From NCBI GenBank assembly GCA_040954595.2, contig CM082598.2, positions 1,240,001 to 1,304,000 on the forward strand: 64,000 nt of DNA. The letters run 5' to 3'. Origin of the DNA: Balanoglossus misakiensis (taxonomy: Eukaryota; Animalia; Hemichordata). The number at the start of each line of letters is the position of its first letter. Within the stretch, counting starts at the first letter, position 1. The position numbers and the translations under genes are program-made. Positions 26,883-39,700 of the stretch are shown here, piece after piece. Below the pieces are notes generated by a model. It was given only the letters and a program-made list of their open reading frames with translations. It searched no databases and was not told where the DNA came from.

Positions 26883-28351
26883 CTAATGGTAGAGATCAAA
26901 GTAGTTCCTGCACAGATACTTCCCTTCTCCTCCCGCCTTACTGAAGAAACACATCTGTACCATTGCTTCCTTGACTATCTCGGCAGGTGGAGGTGGCCCA
27001 AAACGGATCTCGTTGGATATTGGGCTTGGACATTCCTGAGAAAAAGAGCGAAATACAACTTAAAAGGCACATAATTATCCTATTCCGCAATCAGTGGTCT
27101 AAAGTATTATAAAAACATTCTTATGATTTCAAATTTCATATGTATGAAGTTCAATCCTTCCAAACTCCACAGGAATAGAATATTGCATTATGACAGCAAT
27201 TTAACTTACGTCACCCAAATCGACGCACTTCACAATCCGGTCTCCATTGCTGTACACATCACGAGAACACACACCACAGTCAGCAGTTTCATATCCAGTA
27301 GGTTCACCCTGTAGAGATTTGATGGAGACAGTTTCAATTGGGTGCTCTTGGCCAACTAGAAGTCTAGCCTTTATCCTCTAACATTATCATTACTTTGTGT
27401 GTGTTTTTTTTTGCATAGTGTGTTATCAGAGTAGGAATTCGTTGACTTAACGATTAATTTATAAGCTTTTTTGAATTCCGTCACAATGTGGAGACTATTG
27501 ATGGATACCATGTCTTTTAATCATGCGCCAACCCCGACCAAATACTCCGCTATTTCCCGGAGATGTGGTCCTCAAGAGGGCGCCATGCATCGTGCTGTCC
27601 TAATTTTTTCGACTGTACTGATTTGCAGATTATTCAAACAGGCCCATCCACTGTAATTCTCTTAAAGGCCAAAGATCGTCTTATGCGCATGTGCTTAATT
27701 TCGTGTGTATAAACATTAGGTCCAACCAAATGTTCTGCAAATTTTGGGTTCGACACCGAGATAGTTAACTGCCTTCGCTTCCTTGAATATTTCATGTGCA
27801 CCCTATGAGTAGACTTTTTAGTTTTGTCTCGTCCTGTCACCAAATTTGGTGTCCCAATTTCTGACACAGACTATGGTCGCCGCCATCTTGTTTGTTGTTA
27901 GGACAGCACACTGACTGTATACAATTTTTGCAACCAGAGTCTCTGGTTTGGCACGTGCACATTAGACGACCGTCGCCCTTTAATAACTGAGTCACTGCAA
28001 AGACATTCAGAAAAGAACCTCATGTACTAAAATTACCTGTAAAACGCTTGAGTTGTTGTCCAGCAAGGATTTGTATATGGTCGTCATCGCCACAGATGTG
28101 GCACCAATATAATCCGAGGTCGCAAAATAAACAAACCCTGATCCAACAGGTTGAAGACTTTCGGTGTCACGGAGGTCTTGCAGCATACCTGGTGGGCAGG
28201 GTGTGTCATATGTGAGAACAACGTTATTGATTCCCACTGAATAAATCTTGGCGTATATCAGTATACACGAGTTTGGTCTGGCTCTCAGCACACCGTAAGC
28301 TGTGCTGCTGAAAAGTAGGAGAAGGGCAGTCGACAGCGCAAAACGCATCAT
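26883..28351 (-). CDS. Uncharacterised secreted cysteine-containing protein, 188 aa; exons 28037-28351, 27210-27308, 26883-27035
   Basis: Signal peptide MMRFALSTALLLLFSSTAYG. Three phase-0 exons with canonical GT/AG give an open frame ending ...GEPTGYETADCGVCSRDVYSNGDRIVKCVDLGD-ECPSPISNEIRFGPPPPAEIVKEAMVQMCFFSKAGGEGKYLCRNYFDLYH*. Eight Cys; family not recognised. Confidence 0.75.
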
Positions 28352-28496
28352 GGTTGTAGAGTTACTGTCTGTTTGAGGCGTAGAGACCGCGTTCTATGCC
28401 AAATAACACCACGACCTTGTCCTCGTTAATCTCTGATATCTTTGCAACAAATAGTTTACAGTTGGCCATATCTATTGTTTCAAAATCACGCCATGT

Positions 28497-28706
28497 AAGA
28501 CCTATATGACCCTCGTAGTAACCCTCGTAAATGTCGCACCTGTATACGTGGATTTCGATAATACTGATTTATTAAAGGCGTAACACCAAAAACATTCCGC
28601 GATAGGTTAGCTACAGAAGCAATGATATTGTAATAATCGACATGGACAACTGTAAATTAATCTGCAAGCATATTCAAGAGGATCATACGAGGGTCATATA
28701 GGCCTT
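28497..28706. mobile_element. MITE-like element (~210 bp) with ~21-bp terminal inverted repeats
   Basis: AAGACCTATATGACCCTCGTA at 28497 pairs with TACGAGGGTCATATAGGCCTT ending at 28706 (one mismatch). Confidence 0.65.
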
Positions 28707-28988
28707 CACTGCTCAAGATTTTTGCACTCATTTCCTGTCATCCGTCGCCATAAACCACGCCAGGTCATGGAATGATGGTGAATGTCATGCTTCCAATAAA
28801 AAAAACACTCAGAGTCGATATAGGCCTAAGAATTTAAGAAAAGTACAGAAAGGATATAGTGGACCTTGATTGTCAAGAATGAAATATTTTAATGTGCCAC
28901 GTGCTATGAGTTACATGGTTTCACATACTAGTAACTGGAAGTTGAATGAAGTGGAAATCCAAACATTTGTGATATGCTGCGACTTGCT

Positions 28989-31900
28989 TTATACAGCAAA
29001 CCACAGACATATGTGGGAGAAAGCATATCCCCACAAGCAGATAGACATTAACAACGCCACGCCAGAATGGCGTGCTGCTGAATTTGGGTCATCGCTGGGT
29101 TCTTCCCTTGCATGTCGTTGCATCTGAAAATGAGCCCACTCATCTCGGTCATCCATCCGTGTGTCGCCATGTTGATATGGGGCCTGTAGATCTTCAAACT
29201 CGTCAATCGGGTAGGGTTGATAATCGGCCCGCCGGTTATCACTGGGATAAGGTTGATAATTGGGTCTGGATGCATGAGCGGGATACCTAGCTGGCGAGTG
29301 TTTGCTATGTCTGCCATTTGAAGTTTGACCTGTGTCAGATCGGCCGCCATATTGTCGGCCGCCATATTGGTTTTGATCGTTATAAGGGATGTCATACGGC
29401 GCCCGGTTGTCATTTGGATTGCGAAGCCAGTTCTGGTTGTTGTAGGGCTTGTTTTGGATGACGGGGTCGGGCCATTGGCGATCATTATATTGATCCCGAT
29501 AGCTAGTCGTCTGATCATTTTGATGGCTCTGCCCAGAGTCATCTTTCTTTGTTCCGGAGGAACAACAAAGATCAAATACAAACTGTTGGATGGGAGCTAA
29601 TCCCGAGAAAAGCCCTCCATTGCCAGTCTGCGAATCTGGAACAGAAAATACCAAATGTTCATATTCATATGACACATACAACTTACTGGATCCATGTGAA
29701 TATTTTCGTGAGGGCAATGTTCTCCTTTGCTTATCTAAGAAAGGTCAATGTCACAGCGTACTAAAATACCAGTAGACTAACCTTTGCTATCCTCCTCTTC
29801 GTCCTTACCACATAGTGAATAATTTTCATCGACTCCGTCGTCATAGTTGGCGTCTGTGTCATCGGTCCAGACTTCGACCTCACATAGAGCCAGGGATGCA
29901 GTTCTGCACCGAATCTGGATGCTGACGTATCTACCATACAAGGGGCCATACTGACATTCCAGCGTGATCTGTCCACGCTTGGCAACCGTTTTCCCCACAA
30001 CACCGCACAGATTGTTCTGTTTGGTGTTGAGATTGTTTCCAACACGCACCTCTGCTCCATACAGATAGTCACCTTTGTGGAAACAGAGGAACAGAAACCA
30101 AAAATTGGTCACCCTGGAAGGACAACAATTTTGCACTTGATACGGATGCACCAACAGAAAAACCAAATAAGTAACTCACAGTGCTCGCAATCTTCTCTGT
30201 TTGTTATGGTGACGTAGTACACCTTGCGAGGTCTTTTCAGATCCACTCTCCACCAAGGCTCGAACTCTCGACTGGTCAAAGTGCACGATCCGTGGCAGAA
30301 ACTAGAATCTCTGCCACCGTCGACAGCGTGGCCCGGTTCAGAATACCAGTAGCTGGAACTCTGCAGTGTGCATTTGTCGTAGGCCACGTTCGTGTAGCAT
30401 CTTGGAATCTTTGTAGCTAGAATGATAAATTCTTTTAACATTATTTATCTTTAACCTGTAGCCCTAAAACAGAAACAGTGTCTGTCCTTTTGGCCATAAC
30501 TGGTGCCTCTGAGATATAGAGAAGAGATGTTTCTCTCTGTCTTTGTCTGAGAGCTGACTGATAATTTTTCACAAGAACTGATCACTCACCTTCGCAGTGG
30601 TGACTGTCGTGGAAGTTGGGGCATGGTGGTTCGGGACCATCTTCCAAACAGCTGGGTGGTTTTTGGGTGATGTGAACAGGAGGGGGTGGTGCGGGTGTTG
30701 TGGGTTTTGGAGTGGTGGGTTCCGGTGTGGTAGGCTCAGCAGTTGTTGGTTTATCAGTGGTGGGTTTGGGTGTGGTGGGTTTTGGCGTGGTCGGTTCTGG
30801 AGTTGTAGGTTTTTCAGTGGTAGGTTTGGGTGTGGTCGGTTTTTGAGTCGTTGGTTTGGGGGTGGTCGGTTCTGGGGTTGTTGGTTCTGGAGTCGTAGGT
30901 TTTTCAGTGGTAGGTTTGGGTGTGGTCGGTTTTGGAGTCGTTGGTTTGGGCGTGGTCGGTTCTGGGGTTGTAGGTTTTTCAGTGGTCGGTTTTGGGGTCG
31001 TTGGCTTGGACGTGGTCGGTTCTGGGGTTGTAGGTTTTTCAGTGGTCGGTTCTGGAGTCGTAGGTTTTTCAGTGGTAGGTTTGGGTGTGGTCGGTTTAGG
31101 AGTCGTTGGTTTGGGCGTGGTTGGTTCTGGAGTTGTAGGTTTTTCAGTGGTAGGTTTTGGCGTGGTCGGTTCTGGGGTTGTAGGTTTTTCAGTGGTAGGT
31201 TTGGGTGTGGTCGGTGTTGGAGTCGTTGGTTTGGGCGTGGTCGGTTCTGGGGTTGTATGTTTTTCAGTGGTAGGTTTGGGTGTGGTCGGTTCTGGAGTTG
31301 TAGGTTTTTCAGTGGTAGGTTTTGGTGTGGTCGGTTTTGGAGTCGTTGGTTTGGGCGTGGTCGGTTCTGGGGTCGTAGGTTTTTCAGTGGTAGGTTTAGG
31401 GGTCGTTGGTTTGGGCGTGGTCGGTTCTTGGGTGGTGGGCTCAGACGTCGTAGCAGCGGCTGTAGTCTCAATAGTTGACGGAATGAAAGTGGTCTGTTCG
31501 CCAGGTTCCTTTGGTCCTGTGGAAAGATCAGCCATCGAATAATACAGTGTCAAGAATTCTCATAACTTTTCACAGAGCAAACTTAATGGTCAGATGTTAA
31601 ACACATAGAAATAACTTACCACAAGTAAAATTGACGACCTTAATGTTGATCAAGTCCGCATGGGTTAATTCATGCCATGATATAACATTCCCGCAGGCTG
31701 GCTTGCAAGCACGAGATGCCCTCTGAAATGAAAATGAGACTTTTTTAAAAATCACCTCAATTCTCCTAACAACCGACTGGTACAGTCCTTCTCTCAAAAT
31801 TAATGCAAGACTAGACAATGGTGGTGCTAATTACACGAGCTGCAATTATTCTGTATGAGTTGATTATGTCTATAAAACATATGATAGCGAGCACCAGCTG

Positions 31901-33866
31901 CTGTTGATGTTCAGGTCTGGTATTTTTAGTCGAATAACTGTCGAATTTGCATCAGTAATTATAAACATCTGTAGAAGAATCCAGACAAACTGAAAACAGT
32001 GAGACAAATAGCAAAGAATCTTGTACATGTACTAAAGGTATAAATCACTTTAAATTGGCCTCTTCCTATTTCTGTTCTCATCGAAAGATGAACGCTTGTG
32101 TACGTGTATACCTCTTTTAGCCAATTCTGCAAATTGGCCAAGGTATTATTAGTATCTCAGTAAAGGCTGGAAAGGGAAAGATGCGTGGAAAAGATGCGTG
32201 GATAGACGAGAGAGTACAATGATCCAACAGTAGGCTTGTAAGATGAAAAGTTTCTTATTTGGAAATGGTTGTAATACAATTGAAAGATTTGTAGGGAGAT
32301 GACTACATTTTTACCCGTATTTTTCTTTCACTAAGAACATTATCCCAGAAGTTGAAATAGCGCAGTTTTCCATAAAACGCATCCTTCTTATTGAATCCTC
32401 CCGCCAACGCGCTCTGTTTCTGGCCAATCACAAGAGATCCACCGCCTCTGATAGTCTCGCTTGCAGCGAGACCGGTGCCTTGGTACGCCAGCTCCTTGGT
32501 GACGTATATCGAGAAAGCACCACCTTCTGATTGCCAGGTCAGGCAAATGAAATGCGAGGTTTGGTTGTTGAGGTCGATGCCAGTAAATTCACTTTTCTGG
32601 TTGTTGATTATCACCACCAGATCGTTGACGTTCTCGATGACAATGCTGCCCTCTGTGTCTCCAGGGGCAAAGTAGCTGAAGGCAGTGTTTGTGTGATTTG
32701 CATAACTGTCATCAAGTCGCATCCAGTAGCACAGTGTGAATTCTGTCAGGTCAGGAATTTCTTTGGGCATGGGTGCCAGACTCCAGTCACCAGTGTTGTT
32801 GATTTTCCACAGGAAGTGGTCAAAGACGCCTGGGTCACAACGGTAAATACTTGCTGGAATTGGAAAGTGAAATGAGGGAATTTCATTATTGTGGTGGTGG
32901 TGGTGGTGATGATGATGTTGTTGGTATTGATGATGGTGATGACGACGACGACAAAATTGTCCGACATTGTCTGCTATCTATTGATTTCCTGACTGTACTA
33001 TGTCCATACTCACGACAAGATTCTGTATCCGGTTCTCTACCATGGTGTTTGACCTCAACAGAATTGAGTTCCTGCTCCACCAAATATGGCCACCAAAGAA
33101 GCTCCCCACAAGCTCTAGAACATCGATCTCGAGAGAGTTCCTACAGAGGACAGTTAGCATGATGGTTGAGAGATGCAGAGATCTACCAATGTTGAACATT
33201 TTGTTTTAATTAAGATAGTACACTCCTCGAACTTTTTCTCGCTGCGTTAGAGAATTTAGTAGCAAAAATCGTCTTTTAATCATAGTGGGCTAATATCTCA
33301 CCTCGATGTTTTCTCGCGCCAGCTTTTCTGGCCAGATGTTGAAATATGATATTTCAGCGCTGAGGGCTCTTTCTCCATCCACTCCGCCGTTCAGATTGGT
33401 TTGTTGTTGTCCAATCATCAAGGTTCCACCTGCGCGAACCACTACCCCTTTCCCCAAATCTTTACGAGACTTGATATTGCCATCTTTGAAGTATTGGTGC
33501 TGTCCGTTTTTGGCTTCCCATGTGATAACCACGTGATGCCACTCCCCGTCCAAGAGGTTGTGCCTCGAGCCGTGCCCGGGAATGTTGCGCAACACCAAGG
33601 AGAGATCCTTCGTGTTCTCCACCACGATACTCCCCAGAGTGTCGCCCTCAACAAAGTAACTCAGTATACAGCGCCGGAAGTTCACTTGGTCTGTCACCTT
33701 GATCCAGAAGGAGATCGTAAACTCGGACAATTCGGGCAATTTCCGCGAGTCTTTAACGTAACTATCTTCTCCATTAAATTCTAAAATGGTGTCTTTGTCG
33801 TCTTCATCACGGCAAAACTTCGGATAACGAAAGTCTGTTGGGAGAAAAATCTATATCATGAAAAAC

Positions 33867-33953
<87 letters not shown>

Positions 33954-33980
33954 CACACACACACATACATACATACATAC

Positions 33981-34011
<31 letters not shown>

Positions 34012-35638
34012 CATACATACATACATACATACATACATACATACATACATACATAAGCAAAATAAAACTTACTTTGTGGTAGTTCTGTTTCGGATTTCTG
34101 AACAGATCTCAAGTCTGCATCAGTAAAAGATGACCACCAAATGATGTCTCCGCATCCACGGTTAAGTCTATCCTCAGACAGTGCCTATAGATAAATGTCA
34201 GTTTCAATTATTTTTTTATAATTGTATAGATGTGCTTTTTGGTAATATTTGTTTTTAAGAAACCGTTTTTATTAGGCATGGATCGTAGTGATGCTGGTAC
34301 AGTGTTAACCACGTGTTAGTCTCGAATCTCAGGCTGCAAGTTGTGGATAATAGGACATCATGGATGCTCTTTTGCGTTCTGAAGTTTCGCTCCATTAGAA
34401 CACTTATGTACCTTCACTTCAGCCTCCAATAGACGGTAACTCCACATGTTGAATTGTGTTATCTGTCCCCGGTAGGCATTGCTCGCCGTGAATCCGCCAC
34501 CAACAGAGTTCTGGCTTTGACCAAGAACCAGAGTGCCACCCCCGGATATAGATTGGTTTGTGGCGAAGTCCAACTCGTCGACAAGTAGTGCGCCCCCGGT
34601 GTAGAACTGCGGCAATAATAAGAAAAAATGCAAAATAAACTTGTTTGTCTCCAAGGAACCCAAATTACACGAAAGCCAAAATTTCTATTCTTTACTATTA
34701 TATTAAATATTCGTTCCAGTTCCAGACAGTAATATGTCGAAATGTAAGCCTAGAATAATTGTTCAGTTCCAGTGAATCGTATTTTCTGCAAAAAGTCCAA
34801 AATTTACACTTTAAAGATATCGCAGTGGTAATGAAATACCTCATATTCCCCGTCGTATTCAGACGTCCACGTGACACACACGTGATGCCAATGCCCGTAG
34901 TTGGTCTCGATGTACGAGTCGACACTGTCGTCTCCGTTGACGGACATCCTCATGTATGCCGGGCGCTCCACCTGAATTCTGTCGTCCGGAGATGCGTAGT
35001 AGCTGACGATGGTGGCCTCTGTCACGGCACTGTATGTCTTCATCCACCAACACCACGTGAAGGACATCATGTCCGGAATGTCCAGTGATGTCTTCACGTA
35101 ACTGGACGTGGTGCCACTGAGTGTGAAGGTTTTGTTTTCTAACTGTCCACCAATGCAGTGGTCTCCATAGTCAGGAAGTTCTTTGTAGTATTCTGAAATA
35201 TCAATAATGATCACCCATGCAGTGAACTTCTCTCATGTCATATTAATTCCCCAACAGATATTGTTCTGTTTTCCAATGTGGTTTCTTGTTTAGCAACATA
35301 TTGACATCCCCAGTTTTCAGCTGTTCATCACAGCCTTTATACGACGTACAAACCAACAACTAAATTTTAGTCCGGACTTTTCTAGTCAGTCATTCTAATC
35401 TATGATGAAATACCTTCGAGAAGTCAACGAACACAGTACATACGTCACTTTCTTTGTTAGCAGTATTTTTAAGCACGTGGTTTTAGAGAGAACACTTTAC
35501 CTAAAGGAACGAAAGAATTTCGAAAGTAAGCAGAGCTGATTAAACTTATAACATACCGAATTCACCATTTGTACAATCGACAAATACTTGCACGATAATG
35601 GCAGTGACAAGCAGCCCATACACCTTGTATCGTCCCAT
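28989..35638 (-). CDS. Paralog A: signal peptide, 3x pentraxin, PTTP(K/E) mucin stalk, F-type lectin (FTP), Tyr/Gln/Asn/Asp-rich tail, GPI-type hydrophobic end; ~1381 aa, 12 exons (35557-35638, 34840-35192, 34412-34606, 34073-34184, 33302-33834, 33014-33140, 32315-32853, 31620-31722, 30590-31516, 30180-30416, 29782-30072, 28989-29635)
   Basis: All junctions are GT-AG and phase-compatible (4146 nt). Pentraxin motifs FTxCxW, WHHVCVTWTS, GGTLVLGQ, GxIxxFNMW occur three times. FTP motifs NVA, AVDG, PWWRVDL, ITNRED, LxGAEVRVG, GRYVSI, LALCEVEV. C-terminus ...NSAARHSGVALLMSICLWGYAFSHICLWFAV*. Confidence 0.88.
30696..31440 (-). repeat. Coding 15-bp minisatellite: ~50 PTTPK/PTTEK/PTTPE pentapeptides (mucin-like stalk of paralog A)
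   Basis: Seen in ORF 30582-31553; lies within a phase 1-1 exon. Confidence 0.92.
33868..34055. repeat. (GATA)n(CA)n(CATA)n compound microsatellite in paralog A intron 4
   Basis: Seen directly. Confidence 0.95.
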
Positions 35639-36711
35639 GTTTGCAATAGCAAAGAAAATCATTAACAATTGTGTTTTAATGATGGCATAATTATATATTC
35701 ACAAAAGATTGTATATTCACAATCCAGTCAATTTATGCAATGCATTTATCGTCAAGGAGAGTCATGCTAATTAACCTAAAGGAAGGGAAAGTAATTCGCT
35801 GCAAGAAAACGCATGCAGTTTACCTTTACTTAAGGTAGCATGGATCTCACAAATCAAACTTAAACTTTTTGCTTTATTTTGCTCGAGGTAAACTTAGATC
35901 ATTCCCTCTTAAATTTGGGGATAAGACGTTGAGGTTACTGTGCAGAGAGGGCGAAATCGTTGCAAATTTGAAATTCAAAATGCCCACCAGTCTATATTTG
36001 ACGTTGGCCAATTAAACTGAATTGTCATGCACAGGTGGCACATGTTGAGGATAAAATATAAATGAATGTTTTGGCACATTAATTGCGTCGAGGACGCTTT
36101 TTAGTAAACATATACTGGTTGTAGTCTGTCTGTCTGTCAGTCTGCTTGTCTGGCTACCCGTCTGTCTGTCTGTCTGATGGTGGTGGTGGTGGTAAAAATG
36201 TGCTCTCGACAAAACAAAACCACTGAGTCTGTGTATAGATTGATGGATATGAACACAGTTTAATATAAGTAAAGATGATACATTATGCCATATGCCATCA
36301 ACTCTTGCTTGCGGCTACAGATATAAAACACAAACGGTGTATCCAAATGATAAACTGACCAGGTGAAGTCACACACATGTTACATTAGTTTTTGTTCAGT
36401 TTTCTAAAGCGTTGTGGCTTCGTGTTATTGCCTGCAGCGAAAATACACGCAATTATGTCATAACTCCCTTTGATAAATCACAGTAAAAATAATCATGAAA
36501 AGATTAGTCTGTCGAATTGTTAAAGGTTGGTCTGTATCACTTCTATGTGATTGGACTAATCATAATCCTAAAGCCTGGAAAGGCGTTTTCAGTGGTTGGC
36601 CAATTTGGGGTGCATGTTTAACACATATTATAACAACGACCTATTCCCATTTTCACTCAGGCTTTCGATCGAACAAGATGGTGGACAGATGGTAGACCCT
36701 TCAAGTGAATT
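35639..36711. promoter_or_regulatory. Putative bidirectional promoter between the two pentraxin-FTP paralogs
   Basis: Divergent ATGs at 35638 (-) and 36712 (+) are 1073 bp apart; contains TATAAA (~36322) and CCAAT-like motifs. Function is inferred. Confidence 0.5.
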
Positions 36712-39700
36712 ATGTCAGGGTTTATCACAACATTGCGAGTAACTGCGACATTGTTCTTGTCGGCAGCTTGGCTTGTGGTCGGCGTCAGTGGCAGATTTGG
36801 TATGTACATCGTTGAGTGTTCATTTTGGACAGACATTCGTGCATTTTGGACAAATGTTCGTGCATTTTGGACAAAGACTCGTGAAGTTAGCTCGTGGTTC
36901 AAGTCCTGGGATATCCCAGTCCGAGATCCCTATGCCACCAATCTAGAAGGCCTTCGTGCAAGTTTGTGTACTACGTCATCAAGTTCTGTTAAGGTGGCCC
37001 TGGATGTTACTTGCACGATTTAAATTCTTAAAGATGAATGCCTAAATTTTGCTTTGATGTGTATTTTTACTCTGAAATTGGATATATTTTAAACAAAATA
37101 GTCATTTTGGTATAATTTTATTCAAAAGAAATATGTTTCGAGAAGGTGACTGACAAAAATACTACACTGGTGAGTGTCTGGTCACTGCTGTTGAAATTGC
37201 AGTAAAAGTTGCCAGTCATTGTTATTCATGGAGATTCTGTCTTGACATGAGATTCTTTGGATTAACGTTTAGATTACTACACTACATACCCTGGTTATGA
37301 TGAGTACTGCTTTGGAGGGGAGCTGGAAAACGATACATTGGTGTTTGACGGCGAGTCGAGTCGTGTGGTCGTGCACCAACCAGTACCTGACCTTTCTGCC
37401 TTCACGTTCTGTTGGTGGATGAGATCAAACGCCAACGACAGCCAAGCGACAGTGCTGAGTTATTTCGCGTCAGAAGACGACAGCGTGTTTGTCAGAAATC
37501 CGTCCAATGTAATGCTGGCCATCAATGGCGAAGACGGTTCGGAATCAAACATTGAAACTAACTACGGAATGTGGCAACATACATGTGTGCTGTGGACTTC
37601 TAACTATGGAGATCATGCGGTAATTATATCAAATTATGTGTCTCTTTTTACATGACAGTCACTAGACTGTAATCCTATCAATGTGCAGCATTAAATTGGC
37701 CAGGCCTGGATGCAGTAACGCATCATAGGCTAATAATAAATTTTGACAGAAATTCTGCAAGTGAACATATGTTTGATTATAGCCACATGTTCCCCTCTGC
37801 AGACTAAACGTGGACTGATTTATTTGATCATATATCTATATTGACGATGTATCATCTGTTTATATATAGCATATTCAACGCTATCACGAATAAGATAACA
37901 TGAACAGATGGGCGACAGTGTTTGTTTCAACTTTTTGTTGTATAAAATAGGATTTTATGGTCGACAGAATTTCAAGATGGCGACTTTCTGGTTTTGTTTA
38001 ACAGTTCTACAAAAACGGGAAGATGTTATTTCAGAAGGATGGTTTGGCCACAAATGGAACGATATCTGGAGGCGGGGAGCTGGTTTTGGGAAACTACGAC
38101 GATTCTTTTTACGATGGTGAATTGACGCAGTTCAACATGTGGGACTATACCTTGTCAGTGGAGGAAATACGGGTAAGAGATCGTTTAAAAATGTATAAGG
38201 AAAAAGCTTTTCGATAAAAACGAAAAAAGCAGAGCATTTCTTCCTGGAATCGCAGTTTCTACTTCTGCCGATTTTATTTTGAATGTAACCGTATATTATT
38301 TTATGCGATAGGCATTATCTGAGGATAGTCTGAATCGAGGCTGTGGAAACGTCGTGTATTGGTCCGCACTGACATCATCGGATTTGATATCCATGGAGAC
38401 GAAAGACACGGAGCTACCAGAAAGTAGGTTCTCCTCATTCTTTGCTTCCTGAATTTGTCGATCCACCATCTGAAACTTTTGGACATTTTTCAGTGTTTAT
38501 TTTGTGCAGTAATATGCCCTAGTAGTATTCTACTTTTATCATGCCAAAGGAAAGTACAAGTTATGACATCATGTCGTGTTAGTAATTAAACTTGTCCAAC
38601 TTTTCCCTAGGTCACGATCACCGTTTTAGCTGTTTTGAAAACGAAGTCACTCCCACTGTGCTGGAGTTTGACGGCCAAAGCAGCTATGTCAGGCTTGGTA
38701 TTGACTTCCCGGAATTGTTCGAATTTACAATCTGCGTCTGGATCAAGGCCGTCCCCGATGGCGGGGCAGAACAGGTAATATTCAGCTACTTCGCAGAGGG
38801 AGATACTGTTGGTGGAATCGTTCTGGGGAGTCTGGAGAATCTCGACTTGGTGGTCAGAAATCAAGCTGGAAGGCCTTCGAGGGTGAACATACTGGACGGC
38901 AACTGGCATCACGTGTGCGTCATGTGGTACTCGAAGAACGGGTTTCACGCCTACGTCGTTGATGGCGCTGGTAGGGTTGGCCGAAAGTTGGCCCAGGGCT
39001 TGAACGTGCGAGGAAGCGGAACATTTGTTATCGGCCAACTGCAGAACGGGCCTGGTGGAGAATTCGTTGAAAATCACGCGCTGGCCGCTGATGTGACACA
39101 CTTCAACATGTGGACAAGAAAATTAACGAAGAATGATGTAGAGGTAAGTGTGCCAGTCCCTAATTACATAGCTGTGTTTGTATCCGGATTCGAATTTATA
39201 TTCTGGAATTAGACAATTCAAATATTTTCCCTACAGTCTATCTATCTGCAAGCCTGTAACCGTACATGTGGTAATCTCGTGTGGTGGCCACACTTGTTAG
39301 AAGTTGATGTAACGACTGCAGTTCAAAAACTCCCCGGAGAAGACACAGATATGTTCGCCTGTCGTAAGTAAGATTCTTCCTTGCTTGTCTGTAGCTACAT
39401 TTGCAGCAACCGATATTTTGTTACAGGGAGAGATATATTCACATTATTGCTCTACATACAGACAACGGTTCTTATATGCCCCGGGTACTGTACTTGCCTC
39501 TTTGAGCAATAACGTTAAAACGATTTTTCGAAAAGTATATTGTATACCAGTTAAGGTTTCCATATTCACTGATTTTTAAACAGCCAAAATCGACCCTTGC
39601 GCTGCGGGTGTGTTTGACGATAAGTTGTGGGTTATCAACAACACTGGGGCTTGGAGCCTGGCACCCATGCCGAAAATTGTCCCCGACTTAACGGCGTTCA

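Noticed and set aside
30569-31542. Alternative-frame and antisense ORFs (NRP/LKN, GVVG, GRF repeats)
   Set aside because: They are shadows of the 15-bp coding repeat. Only the PTTP frame fits the flanking splice phases.
33851-34060. MYVC/YLSI ORFs (also 6918-7109)
   Set aside because: Translations of tetranucleotide microsatellites.
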